Below, in pieces: positions 8,593 through 17,408 of a stretch of 64,000 bases of DNA. The position numbers and the translations under genes are program-made. Source of the stretch: Gemmatimonadota bacterium (GTDB lineage: Bacteria > Gemmatimonadota > Gemmatimonadetes > Gemmatimonadales > GWC2-71-9). Location of the stretch: positions 597 through 64,596 of the forward strand of contig QHUZ01000056.1 of the NCBI GenBank assembly GCA_003223395.1. The letters run 5' to 3'. The first letter of the stretch is position 1. Every line of letters starts with the position of its first letter. Under the pieces are notes generated by a model. The model did no database searches and was not told the origin of the DNA. It saw only the letters and a program-made list of their open reading frames with translations.

Positions 8593-9797
8593 AGCTCGCG
8601 CACCTCGCCGACCTGCATCTGGGCTTCCGGCAGTTCGACCGGCAGACGTCCAAGGGTGCGAATCAGCGTGAGGTGGACGTCGCCGAGGTCTTCAAGCGCG
8701 CGGTCGACGACATCCTGGAGCAGAAGCCGGAGCTGATCGTCGTCGCCGGCGACCTGTTTCACTCGGTCCGGCCAACCAACGCCGCGATCCTGTACTGTTT
8801 CCGCCACCTCCAGCGGCTGCGGACCGGTTTGCCCAACACGCCGATCGTCGTGATCGCGGGCGAGCACGACACGCCGCGCTCCACCGAGACGGGCAGCATC
8901 CTGCGTCTCTATGAAGCCCTGGGTGTCGAAATCGCGGTCGAAGCAGCGCGCCGGATCGTTCTTCCCAAGCTCGACTGCGCGGTCCTCGCGGTGCCGCAGC
9001 AGGCGCTCGCTCGAGCCGACCGTCCCGCGCTGCGTCCGGAACCCGGCGGGGGGGGGCCCACGCTCAACGTGCTCGTCACCCACGGCGTGTACGGTGGGCT
9101 CGGCGAGGAACGTGGCACGATCGAATACGGCGGCGCCGAGTTGTCGCGCGAGCTGCTGGCACCCGAGAAGTGGGATTACATCGCGTTGGGCCACTACCAC
9201 ACGGCGCAATCCGTGGCCACCAACGCGTGGTATTCCGGGAGTCTCGAGTACCTGCCACCGAACCCGTGGGGCCAGCTCCAGGACGAGGCTGAACAGAAGA
9301 AGTCCAAGCGCAGCGGGAAGGGCTATCTCCTCGTCGAGCTTCCCGGCGCGCGCGTCACGTTCCGTCCTATCGCTCCGGTGCGGCGCCATATCGATCTGCC
9401 GCCGATCAGGGGTGCCGGACTCAACGCCAAAGAGCTCGATGCGCAGATCGCCGAACGCTTGGGGAGCGCCAAGATCGACGATCAGATCGTACGCCTCCTC
9501 GTGTGGGACGTCGATCGCGCGGTGGCACGCGACCTCGATCACGCGGCAATCCGCGGATACAAGGCCCGCGCGTTGAACTTTCAGCTCGATCTGCGTCGGC
9601 CCGAGGCGCAACGGAACATCACGGCGGCAGGTCCTGGCACCAAACGCCAGACGCTCAACGAGACGGTGCGGGATTTCCTCGGACGCCGGCCGCTCGATGC
9701 CGAGCTGAATCGCGAAACGTTCGTGACGCTCGGCGTCGAATACCTGGAAGCAGCGGGTCGGAGCGACGCCGAGACTGGCGCCGGTGGCTCCGCGTGA
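8589..9797 (+). CDS. sbcD: SbcD/Mre11-family DNA repair exonuclease
   Basis: Calcineurin-like phosphoesterase motifs HLADLHLG, AGDLFH, AGEHD, THG and GHYH. Confidence 0.85.
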   Translation: MKLAHLADLHLGFRQFDRQTSKGANQREVDVAEVFKRAVDDILEQKPELIVVAGDLFHSVRPTNAAILYCFRHLQRLRTGLPNTPIVVIAGEHDTPRSTETGSILRLYEALGVEIAVEAARRIVLPKLDCAVLAVPQQALARADRPALRPEPGGGGPTLNVLVTHGVYGGLGEERGTIEYGGAELSRELLAPEKWDYIALGHYHTAQSVATNAWYSGSLEYLPPNPWGQLQDEAEQKKSKRSGKGYLLVELPGARVTFRPIAPVRRHIDLPPIRGAGLNAKELDAQIAERLGSAKIDDQIVRLLVWDVDRAVARDLDHAAIRGYKARALNFQLDLRRPEAQRNITAAGPGTKRQTLNETVRDFLGRRPLDAELNRETFVTLGVEYLEAAGRSDAETGAGGSA

Positions 9798-12223
9798 AGC
9801 TGCACCGGCTGCGGCTCGTCAACTTCCGCCAGCACGCCGATACCGAAATCGTGTTCGGGGACGGCATCACGGGCATCATCGGGCCGAACGGCTCGGGCAA
9901 GACCTCATTGCTCGAGGCCATCGCCTGGGCGATCTACGGCAATCTGGCCGCACGCGGCGACAAGGACTCGATCCGTAACCTACGCGCCAAAGCGCGCGCC
10001 CCGGTGCGCGTGGAGCTGGAATTCTCGCTGGGGAGCCATTCGTTTCGCGTCGAACGCGGTCTCAACAACGCCGAGCTGTACCAGGATGGCGTCGTCGTCG
10101 CCAATTCGCTCAAGGAAGTCACCGCCCGCTTGCAGCGCGTCCTCGGCATGACGCACGACGAATTCTTCAACACCTACTTCACCGGTCAAAAAGAGCTGGC
10201 GGTCCTCGCCGATGCCACGCGGCCCGAGCGCGCGGCGTTTCTGTCGCGCGTGCTGCGGCACGAGCAGCTCACGCTTGCGCAGGAGCGGATCCGCGAGCGC
10301 CGGAACGCGCTGGGACACGAAGTGGAGGGACTCGAAACCGGCCTCCCGCCCCAGTCCGAGCTCGAGAAGGAGCGGAAGACCGCCGAGGGACGGCTGACGG
10401 ATGCGCGCAAGGCCGCGACGTCGGCGGGGGCCGATCGAACCAAGGCGCAGCAGGCACTCACCGAGGAAGAGCCACGCTGGCAGCAGTGGGTGGAGCGGCG
10501 GGAGCGGACGCTGTCGCTGCACGGTGACTTGCGCGTGGCAGAGCAGGGCGTCGTCGTCGCGCGCCAGGAATTTCAGCGGCTGGACAAGGAATTGGCCGAG
10601 GCGCTGGCCGCGCGCGAGGAGCTGCGCAAGCTCGATGCCGAGGTCGCGCCGATCTCGAAACTCAAAGCGGAGCTCGCCGAGCTGGATCGGTTGCACCGCG
10701 AAGACGCCGCGCGTCGCGAGGAGCAGGCAAAGGTCACCGAATTGATGCGAAATCTGAGCGTCCTGGATCGCCGTATCGAAGAGCTGGCGGACGCCGAGGC
10801 GGCGCTCGCGCGCGCGACCGCGGAGGCGGGCGCGCTCGCCGAACGGCTCGAAGCCGCCGACACGGTGGCCAGCGAGCAACAGGCTGCCTGGGTGCGCGAG
10901 AAGGAATACGCGAACACGCGGCGCGTCGAGCTGCTCAAGCAGCATGAGGAGGTCAAGGATCAGCGCGACAAGATCGAACGGCTCGGTCCTGAGGGGCAGT
11001 GCCCGACCTGTCTGCGGCCGCTGGGTGTGGAGCATCGCGCCGTGCTCGACGTGCTGAACAGCCAGCTCGACGTGATCGTCACCGACGGCACGTACTTCAA
11101 GCAGCGTATCGAGCAATTGGCGACGCCGCCGGCTGCCGTCACGCAGGCGGAGGCTGCGCGCGACGCGTTGCGCGAAGAGGCACGGCAGATCACCGAGCGC
11201 GAGGGAAGCCTGCGCGCGCAGGCGGGCGAGCGGGCCCGCGCGCAGAAAGAGCGCGCCGGTCTCGCCAAGCGCACGCAGGAGATCGAGCGGCGCGTCGCCG
11301 CGCGCGATGCGGGCTACGACGCGGCGCGGCACAACGCCGTGCGCACAGAGCTGGCTCGGCTCGAGCCGGTCGCGCTAGCGGCCGCGGCGCTCTCCGCGCG
11401 GGCCGACCGGGCCGAGGCGTTGGTGGGCGAAGCGGAGCTTGCCGAGAAGTCGCTCTCGACGCGGGAGGAGCACGTCAAGCAGCTCGCGGACGCGGTGCAG
11501 GCGCAAGGGTTTTCCGAGCCCAAGTTTCAGGCCGCGCGGGAGCGCCACGATCGCGCGGCGCATGCGCTGCGCGCCGCCGAGCTGGCTGTGGCCGAGACGC
11601 GCGGCGACCTGGTGGCGGCCGAAAACGCGGTGCGCGAAACGGAGCGCCGGGCCGCGGAGCGTGCGGCGCGCGAGCGCACCATCGCCGAGCGCAAAGTCGA
11701 GCTGCGGCTCCATAACGAGCTGGACCGCGCGTTCTCCGACCTCCGCGCCGAGCTGAACGCCGCGATGCGGCCCGAGATCGGTACGCTGGCGTCCGCGTTC
11801 CTGGCCGATCTCACGGATGCGCGCTACGACGAGGTGGATCTCGACGAGGACTACCGCGTCGTCGTCCTCGACGAGGGCGTGCCCAAGCCGGTCATCTCAG
11901 GCGGGGAAGAGGACATCGCGAACCTCGTGCTGCGGCTCGCGATCTCGCAGATGATTGCCGAGCGTGCGGGCCAGCCGCTGTCCCTGCTCGTGCTGGACGA
12001 GATCTTCGGCTCGCTCGATGAATCGCGCCGCCAGCACGTACTCGCGCTGCTGCGGCGTTTGGGCGATCGTTTCCCCCAGGTCGTTCTCATCACGCACATC
12101 GAACAGGTGCGCGACGGACTCGACCGCGTCATTCGCGTGTCTTACGACGCCACCACAGGGGTGAGCGTCGTGCGCGACGAAACCGCCACCCTGGGACCAC
12201 CCGATGCGAGCGTGGCTGCCTGA
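9794..12223 (+). CDS. sbcC: SbcC/Rad50-family SMC-like ATPase
   Basis: GTG 9794 (GTGA overlap with sbcD). Walker A GPNGSGKTS, long coiled coil, zinc hook CPTC, signature SGGEEDIANLVLRLA, Walker B LLVLDE. Confidence 0.85.
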   Translation: MKLHRLRLVNFRQHADTEIVFGDGITGIIGPNGSGKTSLLEAIAWAIYGNLAARGDKDSIRNLRAKARAPVRVELEFSLGSHSFRVERGLNNAELYQDGVVVANSLKEVTARLQRVLGMTHDEFFNTYFTGQKELAVLADATRPERAAFLSRVLRHEQLTLAQERIRERRNALGHEVEGLETGLPPQSELEKERKTAEGRLTDARKAATSAGADRTKAQQALTEEEPRWQQWVERRERTLSLHGDLRVAEQGVVVARQEFQRLDKELAEALAAREELRKLDAEVAPISKLKAELAELDRLHREDAARREEQAKVTELMRNLSVLDRRIEELADAEAALARATAEAGALAERLEAADTVASEQQAAWVREKEYANTRRVELLKQHEEVKDQRDKIERLGPEGQCPTCLRPLGVEHRAVLDVLNSQLDVIVTDGTYFKQRIEQLATPPAAVTQAEAARDALREEARQITEREGSLRAQAGERARAQKERAGLAKRTQEIERRVAARDAGYDAARHNAVRTELARLEPVALAAAALSARADRAEALVGEAELAEKSLSTREEHVKQLADAVQAQGFSEPKFQAARERHDRAAHALRAAELAVAETRGDLVAAENAVRETERRAAERAARERTIAERKVELRLHNELDRAFSDLRAELNAAMRPEIGTLASAFLADLTDARYDEVDLDEDYRVVVLDEGVPKPVISGGEEDIANLVLRLAISQMIAERAGQPLSLLVLDEIFGSLDESRRQHVLALLRRLGDRFPQVVLITHIEQVRDGLDRVIRVSYDATTGVSVVRDETATLGPPDASVAA

Positions 12224-13172
12224 AGCGCGAGTAACCGGCCCCGAGCCAGCCGTCGAGCGCGACATCGAGGGGCTGAATCGCGTCTTCGCGGAGGCGTTCA
12301 CCGACCGCTATCGCCGCGACGGCCTAATCGGCGTCCGCGTGCCGCAGCTGAATCCGCTCGTCTGGCGCTACGCGCTGCTCGATGCTGGCGAGGGCGCGAT
12401 GGTGTGGCGCGACGAGCATGGCGATATCGCGGCGTTCAACGTGGCGCACCAGGCGGGCGCCGAAGGGTGGATGGGGCCGCTCGCCGTGCGCCCGGACCGC
12501 CAGGGCACCGGCGTCGGGAAAACGATCGTGCGTACCGCGGCCGACTGGCTGATCGATCGTGGCATCACGACGCTCGGCCTCGAAACGATGCCGCGGACTC
12601 CCGAGAACATCGGCTTTTACGCGCGGCTCGGGTTCGCACCGGGTTTCCTGACCGTGACGCTGACCAACGAGATCGCCACGCGCGGCCATCCGGCGCCCGT
12701 CCTGCTGTCGCGCCGGCCGGCGGACGAGAAGGACGCGGCGATGGCGTCGGGCCGCCGCCTCGTGAGCGATCTCATCTCCGGCATCGACTTCTCGCGCGAA
12801 ATCCTGCTCACTGCCGAGCTCGGCCTCGGCGATACGTCGCTGGTCGAGGGCGATACGGGACTCGATGCAATGGCGGTGTGGCACTCCGCGCCGCTCGCCG
12901 ACAGCCGGACGCGCGATGAAGTCCGCGTGTTGAAGCTGGCCGCGCGGAGCGACGCCGCGTTCGATGCCGCGATCAGCGCGGTCGAAGCGGCGGCGGCGAA
13001 GGCGGGCATCCGCCGGATCGCCGTCCGCTGCCAGAGCCGCTACGCCGAGGCGTTCCGCCGCCTCATCGCGCGCGGCTATCGCGTGCGCTGGACCGATCTG
13101 CGGATGACGTACGAGGGCTACCCCGAACGGCACGCGGAGCACGGTGTGCTGTTCTCGAATTGGGAGATCTGA
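12204..13172 (+). CDS. GNAT-family N-acetyltransferase (two-domain)
   Basis: 322-aa ORF. RPDRQGTGVGKTIV acetyl-CoA binding motif. The start overlaps the sbcC end, so the exact start is uncertain. Confidence 0.7.
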   Translation: MRAWLPEARVTGPEPAVERDIEGLNRVFAEAFTDRYRRDGLIGVRVPQLNPLVWRYALLDAGEGAMVWRDEHGDIAAFNVAHQAGAEGWMGPLAVRPDRQGTGVGKTIVRTAADWLIDRGITTLGLETMPRTPENIGFYARLGFAPGFLTVTLTNEIATRGHPAPVLLSRRPADEKDAAMASGRRLVSDLISGIDFSREILLTAELGLGDTSLVEGDTGLDAMAVWHSAPLADSRTRDEVRVLKLAARSDAAFDAAISAVEAAAAKAGIRRIAVRCQSRYAEAFRRLIARGYRVRWTDLRMTYEGYPERHAEHGVLFSNWEI

Positions 13173-13211
13173 TCCTTCGGAGTCCTGCCGATATGCTGTG
13201 ATATTGCGTTT

Positions 13212-13233
13212 AGGCTGACCAGCCTATTTCATT
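13212..13233 (+). terminator. weak hairpin plus T-rich tail after the GNAT gene
   Basis: AGGCTG-ac-CAGCCT followed by ATTTCATT. The stem is short. Confidence 0.25.
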
Positions 13234-13272
13234 CGAAGAACGTGGCGCGCATGGATAGCTCGAGGGGAAAGG

Positions 13273-13371
13273 GCGCCGTCTAACAAGCGCTTGAAGCTGG
13301 CGGCGCGCGTAGATTAGGGAATGAATCGTTCTTCAGCGCGCCGCAGCTTAAGCGCGATCCGTTAGGCGCCA
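13273..13371. repeat. ~95-bp hairpin repeat, copy R1 (REP/MITE-like)
   Basis: Arms CTAACAAGCGCTTGAAGCTGGCGGCGCGC and GCGCGCCGCAGCTTAAGCGCGATCCGTTAGG flank a 27-nt loop. Near-identical to the copy at 14928-15023. Confidence 0.85.
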
Positions 13372-13379
13372 GCGGCCTT

Positions 13380-14291
13380 ATGCGACCCTCCTGCAGATAC
13401 GCCCTCATTCTTTCTCTTGCTGGCGCCCTGATAGCATGCAGATCGCGCGTCGCCGCACAAGAGCGGCAAACACACCCGATCCCGCCAGTCCTCCTGAACC
13501 ACCTCTATGTCGTCGTCGACTCAGAAACCCTCACTGCCCTCCTAGCCTCTCCGTTGATCACGCAGCAGCTCGAGAGCCTCGAGACCCGCACGACGACGGC
13601 CAACGGCGGGCAAACGTGGACCGGGCATTACCTCCGGGGGCAGAACACGTACATCGAACTCTTTGGTCCCGGCGGGTTCCCTGGCGCTCGGCCAGGCATG
13701 ACAGGCATCGGATTCGGCGTCGAAGAGTCCGGTGGTGTGACGGCGCTCAGCGCCGCCTTCTCCGCGCGCGGTATTGCGTTTGACACCTCCACGCGAGTTC
13801 GGCTTGTTGACGGGAGCGAAATCCCCTGGTTCTTCGTCGGCGCACTCGCCGCATCCGACTCGGTCACGCCCACGTTCAGTACGTGGGTGATGGAGTACCA
13901 TCCTGTCTGGGCGGCCAGACAGGCGGCCACGGACTCTGCCTCGCCATCGGACATCACGCGCCGTCGTTTTCTCAAGCTCTTCTATGACCCTAAACGGCTA
14001 CTACGCGACGTCGTCGGAGCGACAGTGGCCATTCCCCGGTCGGAGCTGTCCAAGCTCGCCGCCGAGTTGGAGGTCTTCGGATACGTGGTAACCCGGCGCC
14101 GGGATCGCGTTCTTGCGCATGGGACCCAGTTCGACCTCATCATCGTGTCCGCTACACCCAGTCGGCGCGGGCTCCTCGAGCTACGGCTAGCCTTGAATCG
14201 GGTGAAGGATGGCCAGCGGGAATACCGGCTTGGCTCCCGGTCCCTGATGCGCTTTGACACCGGCCTTAACGCGACCTGGAGTTTCTTCTGA
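13380..14291 (+). CDS. secreted hypothetical protein
   Basis: 303-aa ORF with signal peptide (ALILSLAGALIAC). Lower GC than its surroundings. Family not confidently recognised. Confidence 0.6.
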   Translation: MRPSCRYALILSLAGALIACRSRVAAQERQTHPIPPVLLNHLYVVVDSETLTALLASPLITQQLESLETRTTTANGGQTWTGHYLRGQNTYIELFGPGGFPGARPGMTGIGFGVEESGGVTALSAAFSARGIAFDTSTRVRLVDGSEIPWFFVGALAASDSVTPTFSTWVMEYHPVWAARQAATDSASPSDITRRRFLKLFYDPKRLLRDVVGATVAIPRSELSKLAAELEVFGYVVTRRRDRVLAHGTQFDLIIVSATPSRRGLLELRLALNRVKDGQREYRLGSRSLMRFDTGLNATWSFF

Positions 14292-14302
14292 TCATGAGGC
14301 GT

Positions 14303-14366
14303 GGCGCCTAACACGCGCCTGAAGCTGATGCTCGGCGCCGCAGCTAGGCGCCATCCGTTAGGCAGC
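14303..14366. repeat. hairpin repeat, short variant R2
   Basis: GCCTAACACGCGCCTGAAGCTG...CAGCTAGGCGCCATCCGTTAGGC. Same arms as R1/R3 but lacks the central loop segment. Confidence 0.75.
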
Positions 14367-14413
14367 ACCCACTGTGTGACGTCATTCCGTTTGATCGGGG
14401 TATACAGATTCGG

Positions 14414-14914
14414 ATGACGACCAAATCCCCGCTCTCACGGGCTCAGCGAAGGTCGAGGATTGGGGTGTTGCGCATGTGCCGCGCTCTCGGTGTTCTCGGT
14501 ATTGCAGGCTCGTTGGCTTGCCACGACGCTCCCACGGCTCTGCCGACCGTTCAGTTACTTGTTCGTAGTGACAAACTGCAATACTCCCTTGCTTCTGACG
14601 TTGAAGCGAGGACGGAACTTGTGAACCTCGGTCCAGCCGTGGTCTACGCTCCTATGAACGAGTACGTCTATGTCGAACGACGCGAGGGCGGCAGGTGGCA
14701 GGATCGGCATCCCTGGTTCGCTGTAGATGGCCTTGGTATCAGTTTCCCCGTGGATGTCGGCGATACCTTGTCGGGATTCTCAATGAACTTTGCTTACGTG
14801 GACCGGCGACCAGGTGTGTATCGGTTTGTCTTTGAAGTCGCGTTCGACTCCCTCGGGCGCCGCCTTGTCCCCGAAGAGCAGCGGGTTTCTCCCCCGTTCG
14901 AATTGACGCCATAA
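14414..14914 (+). CDS. hypothetical lipoprotein
   Basis: 166-aa ORF. Lipobox-like GSLAC after a basic N-region. TATACA box 7 nt upstream of the ATG. Confidence 0.55.
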   Translation: MTTKSPLSRAQRRSRIGVLRMCRALGVLGIAGSLACHDAPTALPTVQLLVRSDKLQYSLASDVEARTELVNLGPAVVYAPMNEYVYVERREGGRWQDRHPWFAVDGLGISFPVDVGDTLSGFSMNFAYVDRRPGVYRFVFEVAFDSLGRRLVPEEQRVSPPFELTP

Positions 14915-14927
14915 ATCTGCGGCAGGT

Positions 14928-15023
14928 GCTGCCTAACAAACGCTTGAAGCTGACGGCGCGCGTAGATTGTGGAATGAATCTTTCTTCAGCGCGCCGCAGC
15001 TTAAGCGCGATCCGTTAGGCGGC
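14928..15023. repeat. ~95-bp hairpin repeat, copy R3
   Basis: Aligns base-for-base with R1 apart from a few substitutions. Confidence 0.85.
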
Positions 15024-15082
15024 TACCTGCTTCACACCCTCAAGCCCTACCATCATCGAACCGTTAGACAGGGAGCGCAATC

Positions 15083-15238
15083 ATGAGACTCACGAAGAAT
15101 CTCGGTATGCTCCTACTGGGCATCTGGCTCCTGATACAAGGTCTTGAGGCGCTGGTTGGACTCAGCTTCAGAGGACTCGGGACTATAGAGGCCATCCTTG
15201 CTCTCGTGGCGGGGATCCTCATCATGGTCGGTCGCTAG
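15083..15238 (+). CDS. small two-helix membrane protein (51 aa)
   Basis: Not in the ORF track (<60 aa). AGGGAG lies 8 nt upstream of the ATG. MRLTKNLGMLLLGIWLLIQGLEALVGLSFRGLGTIEAILALVAGILIMVGR resembles DUF3096-type small membrane proteins. Confidence 0.45.
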   Translation: MRLTKNLGMLLLGIWLLIQGLEALVGLSFRGLGTIEAILALVAGILIMVGR

Positions 15239-15262
15239 CTAAGCGCCATTCGTTAGGCGGCT
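15236..15262. repeat. hairpin repeat, right-arm-only fragment R4
   Basis: TAGCTAAGCGCCATTCGTTAGGCGGC matches the right arm of R1/R3. Overlaps the stop codon of the small ORF. Confidence 0.6.
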
Positions 15263-15282
15263 AAATAGGTAGGAGGGCAACG

Positions 15283-15590
15283 ATGGCGAAGATTACGGGA
15301 GTCGGCGGCGTCTTCTTCAAGAGCAAAGGCGACAGTGCTGCACTATCCTCAAATGGCCGGCCGATAAGGCCGAGGATCAAGGCCTTACAAGCAAATCTTC
15401 CTTCATGATCAACTACCGGGTCGACAACCTCGGCGAGCTGCTGGAGCAGCTGCGTGCGGGCGGTGTGGACGTCATCCAAGGACCCGAATCGCACGAGAAC
15501 GGCAAGTTTGCGTGGATCATGGACCCAGACGACAACAAAGTCGAGCTCTGGGAGCCGAAGGTATGGGACGACAAGAACAAGGGTGCCTGA
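15283..15590 (+). pseudogene. VOC/glyoxalase-family gene remnant (frame break and internal deletions)
   Basis: MAKITGVGGVFFKSKGDSAA is in one frame. ILKWPADKAEDQGLT..SSFMINYRVDNLGELLEQLRAGGV...GKFAWIMDPDDNKVELWEPK is in another. Segments expected between these blocks are missing. Confidence 0.7.
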
Positions 15591-15790
15591 GAAACGCCGA
15601 CGGCAACATCGACAATATGGCTACCGCTGCGCGTCGGTATTGACTTCGGTGCATACGGGTCACGTCGATGACTCCAGTCCGCATTGAACCATCTGATATC
15701 AACTTTGAAGTACCTGAGGCTGTCCAACGGTTGGCTTGCGAGGCATGACCCCTTAGCTTAGGCCAACCTCGCCAGGCTGCGTCTGGGCAC

Positions 15791-17074
15791 ATGTCACCTC
15801 TAGCCGTTCGCGTCGGTGCCGGCGTCCTCGCTCTCCTCGCTCTTATCGCCCTGCGCGGCAAGCGCTGGGCCTACCTCGTATTCGTCGTGCTCGGGCTCCT
15901 CTATTTTCCCGCGCAAACCCACTTCCGCGTGCACGCACCGAAATGCGAGCAGCTCCTTCCCACGATGCAGGTGCTCGTCCTCTCGCTGCACAACTACGCG
16001 TACATCGCGCTCTTCGCCGGCTTCTACTGGATGTCGTGGGTACAGTTCCGGAGGGCTGACGCGCGCGGCGTCTGGGCGCTGCTCGCGACGCTGCTCGTGG
16101 GAGCCCTCGTCGAGATCGCCGAGGGCATGACGCTGACGGGGCGGGGACATTGCCGCGTGCGGGATCTCGTACCGGACGCCGCAGGCGCCTTGGGCGCGGC
16201 GCTGCTGCTCGCGGTCTGGTCCTGGCTCCGCCGGAAACCGGCGTACGTCAGACTGGTGAGGCCTCACGCAGCGGCCGCTCCACGCGCGGCTGCCCCCACA
16301 TCCCGTGCTGCCGTTCCTCCACGCGGTGTTCCGCCCCCGCCCCCCCGGGGTCTACCGGGGTTGTACGTACCTCCGCCCCCGCCCCCGGATTTTTCACCGG
16401 GCCCGAGCCCTGTTACGCCAGCGGCGGACATCGCTCCGACGCATGAGGTCGCGCCGAGAGAGGGGCGGGCGGGGGGGGCGATCGCTGCACGTCAAGCGGT
16501 CGTGCAACAGCTCCAGGCGATCCTGGGACGTCTCCGAGCAATGTCACGACGCCTGTGGGCGTTCATACGAGGACGTCGCCGCACCATCGTCGTTGGCGGC
16601 ATCCTCCTGGCGGTTGTGGGCGCCGGGGCCGTCGTGATTCTGCGTCTCCCGGCGCCAGCGCCTGTGGTCACCCAACCGACCGAAGCACCGCCTCCAGAGC
16701 CCCCACCGCCCCCGCCTCGGCCCCTCCAGTCGGAAGCCGAGGGGTACTACGAGCCGAGCTACAAGTTCACGGTCTCCGATCGGCGCTTCACCCGCCTGAC
16801 GCTGCGTCCCGAACCCTTTGTCACGTTCGCGCGGACCGGGACACGGGATGAGGTGGGGTGTGCAGATGCACGGATTAGCCCGGCCGCGGTACACCTGCGC
16901 TGCGAGTTCGAGCGCGTCGGCATCATGGTCACGATCGAGGGCCAGTTCCCGTCACGCTCGGTCACGAGCCGCCTCGACGCGCCGGTCCTGAACGCCGTGG
17001 TCACGGTCACCAATACGCGCGGTGAGACGCTGTTCCGCGCGCGCGAGTCGTTCTATTGGCACACGCCCGACTGA
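15791..17074 (+). CDS. membrane protein: VanZ-like N-terminal domain, polyproline linkers, C-terminal globular domain
   Basis: 427-aa ORF. Four N-terminal TM helices, PPPPPRG/PPPPPPD and PPPEPPPPPPRP tracts, a further TM helix, then about 110 aa of non-repetitive sequence. Confidence 0.6.
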   Translation: MSPLAVRVGAGVLALLALIALRGKRWAYLVFVVLGLLYFPAQTHFRVHAPKCEQLLPTMQVLVLSLHNYAYIALFAGFYWMSWVQFRRADARGVWALLATLLVGALVEIAEGMTLTGRGHCRVRDLVPDAAGALGAALLLAVWSWLRRKPAYVRLVRPHAAAAPRAAAPTSRAAVPPRGVPPPPPRGLPGLYVPPPPPPDFSPGPSPVTPAADIAPTHEVAPREGRAGGAIAARQAVVQQLQAILGRLRAMSRRLWAFIRGRRRTIVVGGILLAVVGAGAVVILRLPAPAPVVTQPTEAPPPEPPPPPPRPLQSEAEGYYEPSYKFTVSDRRFTRLTLRPEPFVTFARTGTRDEVGCADARISPAAVHLRCEFERVGIMVTIEGQFPSRSVTSRLDAPVLNAVVTVTNTRGETLFRARESFYWHTPD

Positions 17075-17090
17075 AGATGGTCGCGGAGAT

Positions 17091-17408
17091 TTAGGCTCGG
17101 CCCGGCATTCCCGACACGTAAACGACCTGCGCGAGTCCGAGCACTTCGATCGTGTGCGGCAGGTTCGGCGGCAGGTCGAGCCGGTCTCCAGGCCCGAGGT
17201 CGACCGCCTCGGCGCCGGCGGTGACCCGCAGAAAACCTTCGACGACCCAGCGCGTTTCGGGAAACGCGTGCGCGTGCTCGGCCATCCGCGCGCCGGGGAG
17301 ATCCGACCACCATGCGGTGACCATGCCTTCGCGCTCGAGCGCGCGACGCAGCGTGGCCACCTGCAGCGGCCCGAGCTGCGGGTCCCAACGGCGCGCGGCG
17401 AGTGTCAC
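17091..17408 (-). CDS. cupin-domain protein
   Basis: GTG 17408 forms a GTGA overlap with the upstream small ORF. Cupin motifs HAHAFPETRWVVEG and GDRLDLPPNLPH. Confidence 0.7.
   Translation of the reverse strand: MTLAARRWDPQLGPLQVATLRRALEREGMVTAWWSDLPGARMAEHAHAFPETRWVVEGFLRVTAGAEAVDLGPGDRLDLPPNLPHTIEVLGLAQVVYVSGMPGRA

Noticed and set aside
9980-11332. 450-aa ORF antisense to sbcC
   Set aside because: The translation is Arg/Ala/Leu-rich and low in complexity. It lies opposite a CDS with clear Rad50/SbcC motifs. This is the typical long shadow ORF of high-GC DNA.
16280-16720. C/G-rich low-complexity DNA considered as a DNA-level tandem repeat
   Set aside because: It is explained by polyproline/Pro-Ala coding in the 15791-17074 ORF. 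No regular nucleotide period was seen.
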